Shown one piece after another: positions 1 to 11,331 of a stretch of DNA of 64,000 nucleotides. The notes under the pieces were generated by a model that saw only the letters and a program-made list of their open reading frames with translations, was not told the DNA's origin and did no database searches. Position 1 is the stretch's first letter; each line of letters opens with the position of its first letter. Source of the stretch: an uncultured Clostridia bacterium (GTDB taxonomy: Bacteria; Bacillota; Clostridia; TANB77; CAG-508); contig CALXAD010000004.1 of NCBI GenBank assembly GCA_944386195.1, positions 11,996 through 75,995 on the forward strand, given 5' to 3'. The translations under genes were made by a program, and so were the position numbers.

Positions 1-1
1 T

Positions 2-325
2 AGAGAATTAGTCTTAGAAATGGAAATACCAGCATTTTTACTAAACTTTGGAATATGTGGATTTGTTTTATACTTTATGCCATTTTTAGCAATATTTATA
101 TATTCAGCATATATGGGAATAAAAAATATAAGAAAAATAAGCAAAGAATATATTTTATTATTATTAGGAGTAGGATTTGCATTTGCAATTTCATTTTTAG
201 CAGGATATACATTCTTTAATATGTCAACAATGACAATTATTGTAGTAATGAATACACTATTGATGAAACAAATTAGAAAAATAAAAGAAATACCTAAAGA
301 AGAAAATAATAGAAGTGAAAAATAA
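2..325 (+). CDS. C-terminal part of a polytopic membrane protein (gene runs off the left edge); O-antigen polymerase/ligase-like is only a contextual guess
   Basis: Frame is open from the window edge to TAA 323-325. Hydrophobic helices. Sits directly upstream of glycosylation genes. Confidence 0.4.
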   Translation, partial: RELVLEMEIPAFLLNFGICGFVLYFMPFLAIFIYSAYMGIKNIRKISKEYILLLLGVGFAFAISFLAGYTFFNMSTMTIIVVMNTLLMKQIRKIKEIPKEENNRSEK

Positions 326-348
326 AAACATTGAAAGAGGGCAATAAA

Positions 349-1294
349 ATGAAGAAAATAAGTGTAATAATACCAGCATATAATGAAGAAGAATCTTTAC
401 CATTATTATATGATAGAATGGAAAAATTAATGAGCAATATGCCAAATTATGAATTTGAAATTTTATTTATAAATGATGGAAGCAAAGACAAGACTTTAGA
501 ATTAATAAAAGATATGAGAAAAAAAGATAATAGAATATGTTATGTGGATTTTTCAAGAAACTTTGGAAAGGAAATTGCAATGATAGCAGGATTAGACTAT
601 GCAACAGGAGATTGTGTAGTATTTATGGATGCAGATTTACAAGATCCACCAGAATTAATTCCAGAACTTGTTAAGTATTGGGAAGAAGGATATGATGATG
701 TATATGCAAAAAGAAGGTCAAGAAAAGGAGAAACATGGCTAAAAAAATTCACATCAAAAGTATATTATAGAGTATTACAACACTTAACAAAAGTTGAAAT
801 ACAAGAGGATACAGGAGACTTTAGATTACTTGATAGAAGATGTGTAAATGCTCTAAAAAAACTTAGAGAATCACAAAGAAATACAAAATCAATGTTTAGT
901 TGGATAGGATATAAGAAAAAAGAAGTATTATATGATAGAGACCCAAGAGTAGCAGGAAAAACAAAGTGGAATTATATAAAATTGATGGATTTAGCAATAG
1001 ACCGGAATAACATCATTTACAACATCACCATTAAGACTTGCTACATATATTTCAATACCAACATTTATAGTATTAGGTATATATTTTATTTATGTAATTG
1101 TTAAATCTATAGTAATACAAGAAGCAATACAAGCATATCAAGCAATTATATTACTAATATTATTTTTCTCAGGAATACAAATATTGTTATTTGGAATAAT
1201 AGGAGAGTATTTAGGAAGAATATTTAATGAGACTAAAAATAGACCATTGTATTTAGTAAATGAGTATAATGGAAAAAAAGAAATGAATGATTAA
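349..1294 (+). CDS. Family-2 glycosyltransferase, GtrB/CsbB-like polyprenyl-phosphate sugar transferase; reading frame moves +1 at in-frame CGG 1003-1005
   Basis: RBS AAGAGGG then ATG 349. GT2 motifs: KISVIIPAYNEE, FINDGSKD, DADLQDPPELIP. Clear paralogue of 5055..5996. Frame 1 is homologous up to GAC 1000-1002; frame 2 from GGA 1004 gives GITSFTTSPLRLATYI...GEYLGRIFNETKNRP up to TAA 1292-1294, matching the paralogue C-terminus. Confidence 0.8.
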
Positions 1295-1335
1295 AAAGCT
1301 AGAAGGACGCCTTAAGTGGCGTTTTTCTAGCTTTT
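1294..1335 (+). terminator. Rho-independent terminator hairpin
   Basis: AAAAGCTAGAA...TTCTAGCTTTT outer stem with an inner GC-rich stem (GACGCC/GGCGT), followed by a T run. Confidence 0.7.
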
Positions 1336-1438
1336 ACATCTATTGACAAAAAACGACAAATGTAGTAAAGTTAAATTATAATACAAGTCTTAGGACAAAC
1401 AAATAGTTATGTCCGTTAAGCATTAGGAGGAAAACAAA

Positions 1439-3310
1439 ATGATGCGGAAAAAGACATGTACTATAAGGATGATTCCTGGAAATAAAGTAAAGGTCTGGGA
1501 AACATTCAAACTAGAGGTCGAGCTAGCCAATTGGCTTGGTGAAATCACTAATTTCAAAGTACTGCTTAATCAGTATGGAGAAGCTCCATCTATTATAGAA
1601 CTAATGAAGAAGGAAGAAAAAAATGAGGAATATCAAAGGTACTCTGCAGAGTTGCAGTTTGATAGTCCTGTTAAGTACTTCTTCTTTTTTACTTTAAAGA
1701 TAAATGGAGAAGATAAAGCTATCAAAATTAATCGTGGAGATGGCGAACCCATTATCCTTAACCCTTGGGAAGAATCACCTTATTGGAGCATTGTTGCTTA
1801 CAATGATTTTTCTGTCCCAGATTGGGCAAGTGATAAAATCGCTTATCAGATTTTTGTTGATAGGTTTAATCCAGGTGATGGAACAACTCTAAACCAAGAA
1901 GGTCGTAATTACCGCATTTGGGGAGAAATGCCTAATTGGGGTAAGAACGAAAAAGGCGAATATCATAACAATGATTTCTTTGGTGGAAATCTGAAAGGTA
2001 TTGAAGAAAAGATGGACTACTTTAAAGAGTTGTCTGTTGGAATTTTATATCTTTCACCTATTAATGAAAGTCTGTTCCGTTATGATAGGTATGCTGCAAC
2101 TAACCATATGTCAATTGACCCGGATGCTGGAACATTTGAAGATTTGAAGTCACTACATGAGACTGCAAACCAGAATGGGATTCATCTTATTTTGGATGTT
2201 GCATTTAACCATTGTGGTTCAGACAATGAAATCTTCCAAGATGCTTTGCATAATGGGCAAAACTCTAGGTATAGGGATTGGTTCATTTGGGATGAATATG
2301 GCAACTATAGGTACTGGTATGGTATCTTTAGAGATATGCCAATTTTTAACCAGAATAATCCTGAATTCCAAGAGTATATCTATGGTGAACATGGAGTAGT
2401 TGCCACCCTTGGTCAGTATGTCGATGGATTTAGACTAGATGTAGCAGAAGAATTGCAACCATTCTTCTTGGAAGGCATTCGAAATCGTGCAAACCACGAT
2501 AAGAAGAGTCTTATCATCGGAGAATGTTGGCAATATGTACCAATTGAAATTCTTGGAAAAGGATTAGATTGTCCGACAAACTATCCATTTACTGATGGAA
2601 TTCTAAAGTTTGTTACAAAAGGAAATAGTGAAGCTCTCAGGAAAGAGATTTCATATATTCTTGACAACTATCCTCAAGAGACAATTGATATTATGTTCAA
2701 TAGTCTAGATACTCACGATATACCAAGAGCCATCACAATGCTATCAAGTGCTATGCCATATGTCAGAGATGATTATAGGCATTGGGAAATTGATAGGGCA
2801 CCAACCATTTGGCATGGTTATAACTATTTTGCAACAGATGAGTTTAGAAGGTTCGAGTTTGAACATGATAAACTTGAGCAAGATGATTATGACCTAGCTA
2901 TAAAAAGGCTTAAAGTAGCTGTGATTTTACAGTATTTCTTGCCAGGAAATCCTTGTATCTTCTATGGTACAGAAGTAGGTTTACATGGATTTAAAGACCC
3001 ATTTAACCGAAAGTGCTATCCATGGGGAGATGAGGACAAAGAGCTTCTTAAATTCTACCAAGAAATTGGTAAATTTAGGAGTATCTATACTGGTAAGGAA
3101 AGTAGCTTTGAAATCCTTGAAGCAAATCAGAATGTTTTTTCCTTTGTAAGAAGGAACAAGACAAACTCTGTGTTTGTTATGGTAAATCGAGGTGAGAGCA
3201 ATTATCACATTAATTTGCCAGAAGAGTTCAAGGAAGAAAAGGCTCACTTTAGCCTTAATGTCGACCATGACTATTTGTTGCCTTATGGAGGAATAATTAT
3301 TCTTAAGTAA
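1439..3310 (+). CDS. GH13 alpha-amylase-family glycosidase (neopullulanase/alpha-glucosidase-like), no signal peptide
   Basis: AGGAGG RBS. GH13 conserved regions DVAFNHCG, GFRLDVAEEL, IIGECW and FNSLDTHD. Visibly higher GC and different codon choice from its neighbours. In-frame CGG at codon 3 (1445-1447). Confidence 0.85.
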   Translation: MMRKKTCTIRMIPGNKVKVWETFKLEVELANWLGEITNFKVLLNQYGEAPSIIELMKKEEKNEEYQRYSAELQFDSPVKYFFFFTLKINGEDKAIKINRGDGEPIILNPWEESPYWSIVAYNDFSVPDWASDKIAYQIFVDRFNPGDGTTLNQEGRNYRIWGEMPNWGKNEKGEYHNNDFFGGNLKGIEEKMDYFKELSVGILYLSPINESLFRYDRYAATNHMSIDPDAGTFEDLKSLHETANQNGIHLILDVAFNHCGSDNEIFQDALHNGQNSRYRDWFIWDEYGNYRYWYGIFRDMPIFNQNNPEFQEYIYGEHGVVATLGQYVDGFRLDVAEELQPFFLEGIRNRANHDKKSLIIGECWQYVPIEILGKGLDCPTNYPFTDGILKFVTKGNSEALRKEISYILDNYPQETIDIMFNSLDTHDIPRAITMLSSAMPYVRDDYRHWEIDRAPTIWHGYNYFATDEFRRFEFEHDKLEQDDYDLAIKRLKVAVILQYFLPGNPCIFYGTEVGLHGFKDPFNRKCYPWGDEDKELLKFYQEIGKFRSIYTGKESSFEILEANQNVFSFVRRNKTNSVFVMVNRGESNYHINLPEEFKEEKAHFSLNVDHDYLLPYGGIIILK

Positions 3311-3320
3311 GGTAAACTTT

Positions 3321-3347
3321 GGGAGAGGTATATTGCCTCTCCCTTTT
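3321..3347 (+). terminator. Rho-independent terminator
   Basis: GGGAGAGG tatattg CCTCTCCC followed by TTTT. Confidence 0.8.
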
Positions 3348-3470
3348 ATAGTTAATAATGAAAAGCAAAAATAAATTACTGTACTTTTAGTAATGTATAT
3401 GTTAAAATGAGTTTGGAAAGATTAAAGAATATAAGGAATTTATAATAATAATTCGTAAGGGGGATTTTGT

Positions 3471-5027
3471 TTGAAAAAAATTATTGTTTTTTTAGGCGTT
3501 ATTTTTTTATTAACAATTATTATAGTAAATATAATATATACATCTACACTTGACTTATCAGAACATATTACAATTAATAATAATAGCATTTTATATATTA
3601 TTGGAATTATTATTACAGGATTACTAATTTATTTTATTTCAAGAACTATTAATAAATATATAACTAATCAAAAAGATTTAAAAGTAAAAATGAAAATTAG
3701 TAAGATTTTTCTTTTTATTTCATTATTTATTTATATAACTTTTACTATAGTTTGGACAATATTAGTTAGACCACCAATAGTTGGGGACCAAATACATGTA
3801 TGTAATCTAGCACAAACTTTTTATAGCGGAGATTTAGAAGAATATTTACCAGACATGACTTATGCAGGAATACCACTAAGTGAATACATGCAATTATACC
3901 ATCAACAAATACCACTAGCGTTTGTGTACAGTTTGTTTTTTAAATTAATTCATTTTGATGGAATAGGAATATTAAGAGTATTAAATGTTATTGCTATATT
4001 TTTTATTGTTTTTGCAATATATAAAATAAATCAACAATTATCTAAAAAATATGAAACAAATAAAGTCTTGTTATTTATATTAATATTAACATTTATATCA
4101 TTACCAATGTTAGCAACATTTATATATGGAGATATACCAAGTTTAGCATTATGTTTGTTTTCAGTTTATTTCATAATGAGATATACAGAAAATAAAAAGA
4201 TAAGATATTTTATTTATTCATCAATACTTATGATGATAGCATTTATGATGAGGACAAACAGTTTAATATTTATAATAGCAACTGTAATGTACTTAATATT
4301 TGATTTAATTAATGAATTTACTAAAAAAACATGGAAAAGAAATTTACTTTCAATAACAATTATTATAGCATATATAATTATATCAATTTTACCATCATCC
4401 TTAGTTAAAGATTATTGTTTAACAAGATATGATATGGACAAAGATAAAGAATATCCTAATATAAGTTACTTCCTAATGGCAATGGAAGAAGGACCAAGAG
4501 CTAATGGATGGTATAAAGAAAGCATAGGAGAAGCAGCATTAAAAGACCCTGAGAATATTGAAAAAGAATATCTAGAAAGAATAAAAGATAGATTGGTATA
4601 TTTTTCACAAAATATAGGTTATACTTTTGAATTTTATATTATGAAGATAGCATCAATGTGGACAGAAAATACATATTCAGCAGTAAGAAGTAATATTACA
4701 CAAGAAGATGATTTATTACAAAATATGACTAAGCCATTAACGTTTTATCAAAAAGCTTTATTAATAACAACTTGTTTATGTTGCTTAATAATTATTATTC
4801 AAAATAGAAAAAAGCTTTCACTTGATATAATATTTTTAATTACAATATTTGTTGGTGGTTTTGCCTTTCATATTCTATGGGAAGCAAAATCAAGATATAT
4901 TTTACCATATATAGTAGTATTAATACCAATTGCTTCTATTAGTATAAATGAGGAGAGTATAAAACAGAACTTTAAAAAATTTATATCAAAAATAAAAAAT
5001 GTAAAGCTTCTAAAGAAAGGCTTTTAA
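3471..5027 (+). CDS. Polytopic membrane protein, probable GT-C-fold glycosyltransferase (ArnT/PMT-like) working with the adjacent GT2 enzymes
   Basis: 518 aa with more than 10 predicted hydrophobic helices and a large soluble loop. Flanked by GtrB-like GT2 genes, the arrangement of three-component envelope glycosylation systems. No motif was recognised with certainty. Confidence 0.5.
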   Translation: MKKIIVFLGVIFLLTIIIVNIIYTSTLDLSEHITINNNSILYIIGIIITGLLIYFISRTINKYITNQKDLKVKMKISKIFLFISLFIYITFTIVWTILVRPPIVGDQIHVCNLAQTFYSGDLEEYLPDMTYAGIPLSEYMQLYHQQIPLAFVYSLFFKLIHFDGIGILRVLNVIAIFFIVFAIYKINQQLSKKYETNKVLLFILILTFISLPMLATFIYGDIPSLALCLFSVYFIMRYTENKKIRYFIYSSILMMIAFMMRTNSLIFIIATVMYLIFDLINEFTKKTWKRNLLSITIIIAYIIISILPSSLVKDYCLTRYDMDKDKEYPNISYFLMAMEEGPRANGWYKESIGEAALKDPENIEKEYLERIKDRLVYFSQNIGYTFEFYIMKIASMWTENTYSAVRSNITQEDDLLQNMTKPLTFYQKALLITTCLCCLIIIIQNRKKLSLDIIFLITIFVGGFAFHILWEAKSRYILPYIVVLIPIASISINEESIKQNFKKFISKIKNVKLLKKGF

Positions 5028-5054
5028 ATATTAAATAGGATAGAGGAGAAAAAA

Positions 5055-5996
5055 ATGAAAAAAATATCAGTTGTAGTACCAATGTATTATGAAGAAGAAG
5101 TGGCAAAAGAATGTTATACTAGATTAAAAAATGTATTAGAAAAAATAGAAAATTATAATTATGAAATCATATTTATAAATGATGGAAGTAAAGATAAAAC
5201 ACTAGAAATATTAAAAGAAATAGCAAAAGAAAATAAAAATGTAAAAATAATATCATTTTCAAGAAATTTTGGACATCAATGTGCAGTAACAGCAGGACTA
5301 CGTTATGTAACAGGAGATGCAATAGTAATAATAGATGCAGACTTACAAGACCCACCAGAATTAATACCAGAAATGATAAAATTATGGGAAGAAGGAAATG
5401 AAGTAATATATGGAAAAAGGAAATCAAGAGAAGGGGAATCAAGATTTAAACTTTTAACTGCATCGATGTTTTATAAAACATTAAATGCATTATCAGATGT
5501 AGAAATACCCAAAGACACAGGAGATTTTAGATTAGTAGATAGAAAAGTAGTAGAAGTAATAAATTCATTACCAGAACATAATAAATTTTTAAGAGGATTA
5601 TTTAGTTGGGTAGGATTTAAACAAAAAGCATATGAATATGAAAGAAAAGAAAGATATGCAGGAAAAACAAAATATCCATTAAAGAAGATGTTAAAATTAG
5701 CACAAGATGGAATATTTAGTTTTTCAATAAAACCATTAAAAATAGTAGGAGCAATGGGAATATTATCAGTAATAATATCAATACTACTTTTGGTATATGC
5801 AGTTTTATCATATGCATTTGATTGGAACAATTTAGTTCCAGGCTGGACTTCATTAATGGTAACAATGACATTTATAGGAGGAATGATACTAATATCACTA
5901 TGGATGATAGGTGAATATATAGGAAGAATATATGATGAAACAAAGAGAAGACCTGAATATATTATAGATGAAACAATTAATATAGAAGAAAAATAA
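5055..5996 (+). CDS. Family-2 glycosyltransferase, GtrB/CsbB-like polyprenyl-phosphate sugar transferase
   Basis: GGAGA RBS. Motifs KISVVVPMYYEE, FINDGSKD, DADLQDPPELIP and two C-terminal TM helices. Intact paralogue of 349..1294. Confidence 0.85.
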   Translation: MKKISVVVPMYYEEEVAKECYTRLKNVLEKIENYNYEIIFINDGSKDKTLEILKEIAKENKNVKIISFSRNFGHQCAVTAGLRYVTGDAIVIIDADLQDPPELIPEMIKLWEEGNEVIYGKRKSREGESRFKLLTASMFYKTLNALSDVEIPKDTGDFRLVDRKVVEVINSLPEHNKFLRGLFSWVGFKQKAYEYERKERYAGKTKYPLKKMLKLAQDGIFSFSIKPLKIVGAMGILSVIISILLLVYAVLSYAFDWNNLVPGWTSLMVTMTFIGGMILISLWMIGEYIGRIYDETKRRPEYIIDETINIEEK

Positions 5997-6042
5997 TATT
6001 AAAATCTGAAAATGTGATAAAATAGTGCAAAAATATTTCTAA

Positions 6043-6252
6043 AAATGTGATAAAAATTCTTTAATATTTATTGAAGTAAAAGCAAATAATAATGCGACTA
6101 TATCACTTAATAATTTGATAAACCATAAATTATATAAGGACATAAAATATGGAATAAAATTATGTAATAAGAATATAGGATTTAATGGAAAATTTTATAC
6201 ATTTCCTTATTTCTTAACATTTTTATTAAAAAGGTATTTAAAAGAAAAATAA
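6043..6252 (+). pseudogene. 3-prime remnant of a DUF4143-type AAA ATPase gene (C-terminal nuclease-like domain only)
   Basis: Frame open from 6043 with no start codon. Translation ...LIFIEVKANNNATISLNNLINH...YTFPYFLTFLLKRYL resembles the IEVK-containing C-terminus of DUF4143 ATPases, recalled from memory. Confidence 0.35.
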
Positions 6253-6344
6253 ATCCATACGAAAGCTAAATAAGTAAAAAACTGGAAAATAAAAGAAATT
6301 TGTGGTATATTATATATATGTTTAAAATAAGGAGAAGAAAGAAA

Positions 6345-7364
6345 ATGAGTGAAAAAAATAAGAAAAGAATATTAACAGGAGATAGACCAACAGGAAGATT
6401 ACATATAGGACATTACTTTGGTTCATTAAAAAAGAGAGTAGAAATGCAAGAAAGTGGAGAATATGACCCATATATATTAATAGCAGATGTTCAAGCATTA
6501 ACAGATAATTTTAATAATCCAGATAAAGTAAGAAAAAATGTAAGAGAAGTAGCAATGGATTATTTATCAGTAGGAATAGACCCTAAAAAAACAACAATAT
6601 ACATACAATCAATGATACCAGAAGTTGCAGAACTTACAGTATTTTATTCAAACTTAGTAACAATAGCAAGATTACAAAGAAATCCAACTGTAAAAACAGA
6701 AATAGCACAGAAAAGAGATTTATTCGGAGAAAGTGTAACATATGGTTTCTTAGGATATCCAGTAAGCCAAGCAGCAGATATAACAGCGTTTGAAGGAGAA
6801 TTAGTACCAGTAGGAGAAGACCAATTACCATTAATAGAACAAGCAAGAGAAATAGTAAGAAAATTTAATAGTATATATGGAGAAGTTTTAGTAGAACCAC
6901 AAGCAGTTCTATCTAGTACAAAAAGAATAAAAGGCCTAGATGGAAATGAAAAAATGGGAAAATCATTAGGCAATGCAATATACTTATCAGATAGTGAAGA
7001 AGAAATAACAAAAAAAGTAATGAGTGCAGTAACAGACCCAAATAGAATAAAAAAAGACGATTTAGGTAATCCTGATGTATGTATGGTAGCATATTATCAT
7101 AAATTATTTAGTTCAAAAGAAGAAATAGATGAAGTATGTAAAGAATGTAGAGAAGGAAAACGTGGATGTGTACAATGCAAAAAGCAACTTGCAAAAAATA
7201 TATCAGAAACACTAAAACCAATAAGAGAAAAAAGAGCATATTATGAAGAACGCCCAGAAGAAGTAGATAAAATACTAATAGAAGGAACTAAAAAAGCACA
7301 AAAAGTAGCAAAAGAAACCATGAAAAAAGTAAAAAAAGCAATGAAACTAGACTACTTTGAATAA
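6345..7364 (+). CDS. trpS: Tryptophan--tRNA ligase
   Basis: AAGGAG RBS before ATG 6345. Class I motifs GRLHIGHY (HIGH) and KMGKS (KMSKS). Length about 340 aa. Confidence 0.9.
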   Translation: MSEKNKKRILTGDRPTGRLHIGHYFGSLKKRVEMQESGEYDPYILIADVQALTDNFNNPDKVRKNVREVAMDYLSVGIDPKKTTIYIQSMIPEVAELTVFYSNLVTIARLQRNPTVKTEIAQKRDLFGESVTYGFLGYPVSQAADITAFEGELVPVGEDQLPLIEQAREIVRKFNSIYGEVLVEPQAVLSSTKRIKGLDGNEKMGKSLGNAIYLSDSEEEITKKVMSAVTDPNRIKKDDLGNPDVCMVAYYHKLFSSKEEIDEVCKECREGKRGCVQCKKQLAKNISETLKPIREKRAYYEERPEEVDKILIEGTKKAQKVAKETMKKVKKAMKLDYFE

Positions 7365-7366
7365 TG

Positions 7367-7423
7367 CCCAATTGTCCAATTGGGGACGTTTCTTTTTGGA
7401 CATTTTGTCCATTTAGGGACACA
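7367..7423 (+). repeat. Solo REP-like element, same family as the repeats flanking the RAYT gene at 61.5-62.5 kb
   Basis: CCAATTGGGGACGTTTCTTTTTGGACATTTTGTCCATTTAGGGACAC is near-identical to 61508..61563 and to the reverse complement of 62478..62528. Contains the GGACATTTTGTCC hairpin. Confidence 0.85.
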
Positions 7424-7443
7424 TCTTCTATAAATATTAAAAT

Positions 7444-8079
7444 ATGGAGCAAAATATGATTCTGAAAAATAAATTAGATATTGTAGATAATATAAATTTA
7501 GCACAAGAAGAGGAAAGAATAACTAAGAAAAAAGCACTAAAACTATTTGATAATGGAATATTAGAAAAATTAGGATTAGGAAAATTTTTAGAGCTTGAAG
7601 AAATACATAAATATTTATTTGAAGATATTTATGAGTTTGCAGGGAAAATAAGAGATGAAAATATCTCAAAAGGAAACTTTAGATTTGCTCCTGTAATGTA
7701 CTTAAAAGAAGCTCTTAAAAATATAGATAAAATGCCACAAAAAACTTATGATGAAATAATAGAAAAATATGTAGAAATGAATATAGCTCATCCTTTTAGA
7801 GAAGGTAATGGAAGAAGCACAAGAATATGGCTAGATAGGATATTAACGAAAGAACTTGGACAAGTAGTAGATTGGAGCAAAGTAGATAAAAATGATTATT
7901 TGCTTGCAATGGAAAGAAGTCCTATAAAAGATGTGGAAATTAAAGTGTTGTTAAAAGAAGCTTTAACAGATAAAATTAATGACAGAACTGTGTATATGAA
8001 AGGAATAGATGCAAGTTATTATTACGAAGGATATTATACATATACAATAGAAGAAATTGATAAAGAAGATAAAATTTAA
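7444..8079 (+). CDS. fic: Fic-domain protein (AMPylase-type), with C-terminal auto-inhibitory motif
   Basis: Fic motif HPFREGNGRSTR. C-terminal SYYYEG fits (S/T)xxxE(G/N). Confidence 0.85.
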   Translation: MEQNMILKNKLDIVDNINLAQEEERITKKKALKLFDNGILEKLGLGKFLELEEIHKYLFEDIYEFAGKIRDENISKGNFRFAPVMYLKEALKNIDKMPQKTYDEIIEKYVEMNIAHPFREGNGRSTRIWLDRILTKELGQVVDWSKVDKNDYLLAMERSPIKDVEIKVLLKEALTDKINDRTVYMKGIDASYYYEGYYTYTIEEIDKEDKI

Positions 8080-8107
8080 TAATACTAAAATTATAAATAT
8101 TATATAA

Positions 8108-9395
<1,288 letters not shown>

Positions 9396-9447
9396 AAAAT
9401 ACAATGTCGCACGAGAAATATCCTCAATGTGGCAGAAAGGAAAGAAT

Positions 9448-9948
9448 ATGGATAGTAAAAAAAGAAAAAATTATATATCATGGGATGAATATTTTATGGC
9501 AATAGCAAAATTATCAGCAATGAGAAGTAAAGACCCATCAACACAAGTAGGAGCATGTATTGTAAGTAATGATAATAGAATTTTATCAATAGGATATAAT
9601 GGAGCACCAAATGGATTTGATGATGAAAAATTTCCTTGGGGTAGGGAAGGTGAAAATTTAGAAACAAAGTATCCATATGTGTGCCATGCAGAAATGAATG
9701 CAATATTAAATTATAGAGGAAGTAAAAAAGACTTAGAAAATGCTAAAATATATGTAGATTTATTTCCATGTAATGAGTGTGCAAAAATTATAATACAATC
9801 AGGAATAAAAGAAGTAATATATTTATCAGATAAATATGCAAATAGTGAAAATAATATAGCATCAAGAAAATTATTTGATGAGTGTAATGTAAAATATAGT
9901 AAAATAAAATTAGAACATGAAAGAAAAATAGAAATTGATTTAAAATAA
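9448..9948 (+). CDS. comEB: dCMP deaminase (ComEB-type cytidine/deoxycytidylate deaminase)
   Basis: Zinc motifs HAEMNAI and PCNECAK. RBS AAAGGAAAG before ATG 9448. Confidence 0.85.
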   Translation: MDSKKRKNYISWDEYFMAIAKLSAMRSKDPSTQVGACIVSNDNRILSIGYNGAPNGFDDEKFPWGREGENLETKYPYVCHAEMNAILNYRGSKKDLENAKIYVDLFPCNECAKIIIQSGIKEVIYLSDKYANSENNIASRKLFDECNVKYSKIKLEHERKIEIDLK

Positions 9949-9974
9949 TAAACCAAAAAAGAAAATCTATAAAT

Positions 9975-10409
9975 TTATAGGTTTTCTTTTTTCATAACAA
10001 TAGCATTATTTTCTTTATAATAATTTTTTCTAAAACCAACGTTTTTAAATCCGAATTTTTTATAAAGTGAAATAGCAGGTGTATTTTTTTCATTTACTTC
10101 TAAAAATAAAGTAGAAATATTTAAATTTTTACAAAGTTCAATAATATTTTTTAATAATAATGAACCAATACCTAATTTCCTTTTTGATTTTTTTACTACT
10201 ATATTCATAATATCAGCTTCATCAAGTACAGTCTTAATTCCAGCAAAACCTAATATCTCATTATCAGATTTTGCAACTAAATAATAAGAATTTGCATTAG
10301 ATAATTCTTCTTTAAAGGTAGAATAATTCCAAAAATCATCAAAATCAGAAATTAAAATTTCTTTTATATTTTCTAAGTCATTTAAAGACATTTTATAAAC
10401 TTCAATCAT
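9975..10409 (-). CDS. rimI: GNAT N-acetyltransferase, RimI-like ribosomal-protein-alanine acetyltransferase
   Basis: Typical RimI length. Acetyl-CoA motif RKLGIGSLLL; C-terminal LYKKFGF...YY. Confidence 0.7.
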   Translation of the reverse strand: MIEVYKMSLNDLENIKEILISDFDDFWNYSTFKEELSNANSYYLVAKSDNEILGFAGIKTVLDEADIMNIVVKKSKRKLGIGSLLLKNIIELCKNLNISTLFLEVNEKNTPAISLYKKFGFKNVGFRKNYYKENNAIVMKKENL

Positions 10410-10501
10410 AATAAAAATCCTTTCAATATTAATATAAATATTATAAAATAAGAAAAAATAAAATTCAATAAAAAGAATTTATAAAAATTTAATAAAAACT
10501 A

Positions 10502-10532
10502 TTGACTTGGAGCGAACTTTAAGTGATATATA
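10502..10532 (+). promoter_or_regulatory. MerR-type promoter (-35 TTGACT, 19-bp spacer containing a dyad, -10 TATATA)
   Basis: TTGACT-tggagcgaactttaagtga-TATATA. The spacer dyad ACTTgGAG..CTtTAAGT is shared with the site at 14730. Confidence 0.6.
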
Positions 10533-10564
10533 TTAAATATAAAAAAAGAAAGGTGGAGATTATT

Positions 10565-11311
10565 ATGGTAAAACAAACAGCAGGACATGATCAATTAGGA
10601 GAATTTGCTCCTGAATTTGCAAGATTAAATGATGATATATTATTTGGTGAGGTATGGTCAAGAGAAGATAAATTATGTTTAAAAATGAGGTCAGTTGTAA
10701 CAATATCAGCTCTTATTGGTAAAGGAATAGTAGACTCTTCATTAAAATATCATTTAATGACAGCTAAGAAAAATGGAGTAACAAAACAAGAAATGGCAGA
10801 AATATTAACACATATTGCATTTTATGCAGGATGGCCAAATGCATGGGCAGCATTTAATATGGCTAAAGAAGTATATGCAGATGAAAGTGATAATAAAGAA
10901 GAACATGGAGGATTCTTTGGATTAGGAAATCCAAATACAGCATATGCACAATATTTTATCGGAAATTCATATTTGAATCCATTAACAAAACCAGGAGAAT
11001 CAAGTATATCTATAGCAAATGTAACATTTGAACCAGCATGTAGAAATAATTGGCATATTCATCATGCTAGTAAAGGTGGAGGACAAATTTTGATTTGTGT
11101 TGATGGAGAAGGATGGTATCAAGAAGAAGGAAAAGAAGCAAGAAGCTTAAAACCAGGAGATGTAGTAGTAATACCTGCAAATGTAAAACATTGGCATGGA
11201 GCTAAAAAGAACAATTGGTTTAGTCATTTAGCATTAGAAGTACCAGGAGAAGAAACATCTAATGAATGGTGTGAACCAGTAACAGATGAAGAATATAACA
11301 AATTAGGATAA
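10565..11311 (+). CDS. Carboxymuconolactone-decarboxylase-family (AhpD-like) domain fused to a cupin domain
   Basis: N-terminal CMD-like segment (EVWSREDKL...HIAFYAGWPNAW). C-terminal cupin (WHIHH...GDVVVIPANVKHWHGA). RBS AAAGGTGGAG before ATG 10565. Confidence 0.75.
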   Translation: MVKQTAGHDQLGEFAPEFARLNDDILFGEVWSREDKLCLKMRSVVTISALIGKGIVDSSLKYHLMTAKKNGVTKQEMAEILTHIAFYAGWPNAWAAFNMAKEVYADESDNKEEHGGFFGLGNPNTAYAQYFIGNSYLNPLTKPGESSISIANVTFEPACRNNWHIHHASKGGGQILICVDGEGWYQEEGKEARSLKPGDVVVIPANVKHWHGAKKNNWFSHLALEVPGEETSNEWCEPVTDEEYNKLG

Positions 11312-11331
11312 ATTATAAAAGGAGAAAAACG

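Noticed and set aside
6000-6344. T-box leader upstream of trpS
   Set aside because: No T-box consensus or terminator/antiterminator pair is visible. Most of the region is instead readable as the tail of a DUF4143-type gene remnant.
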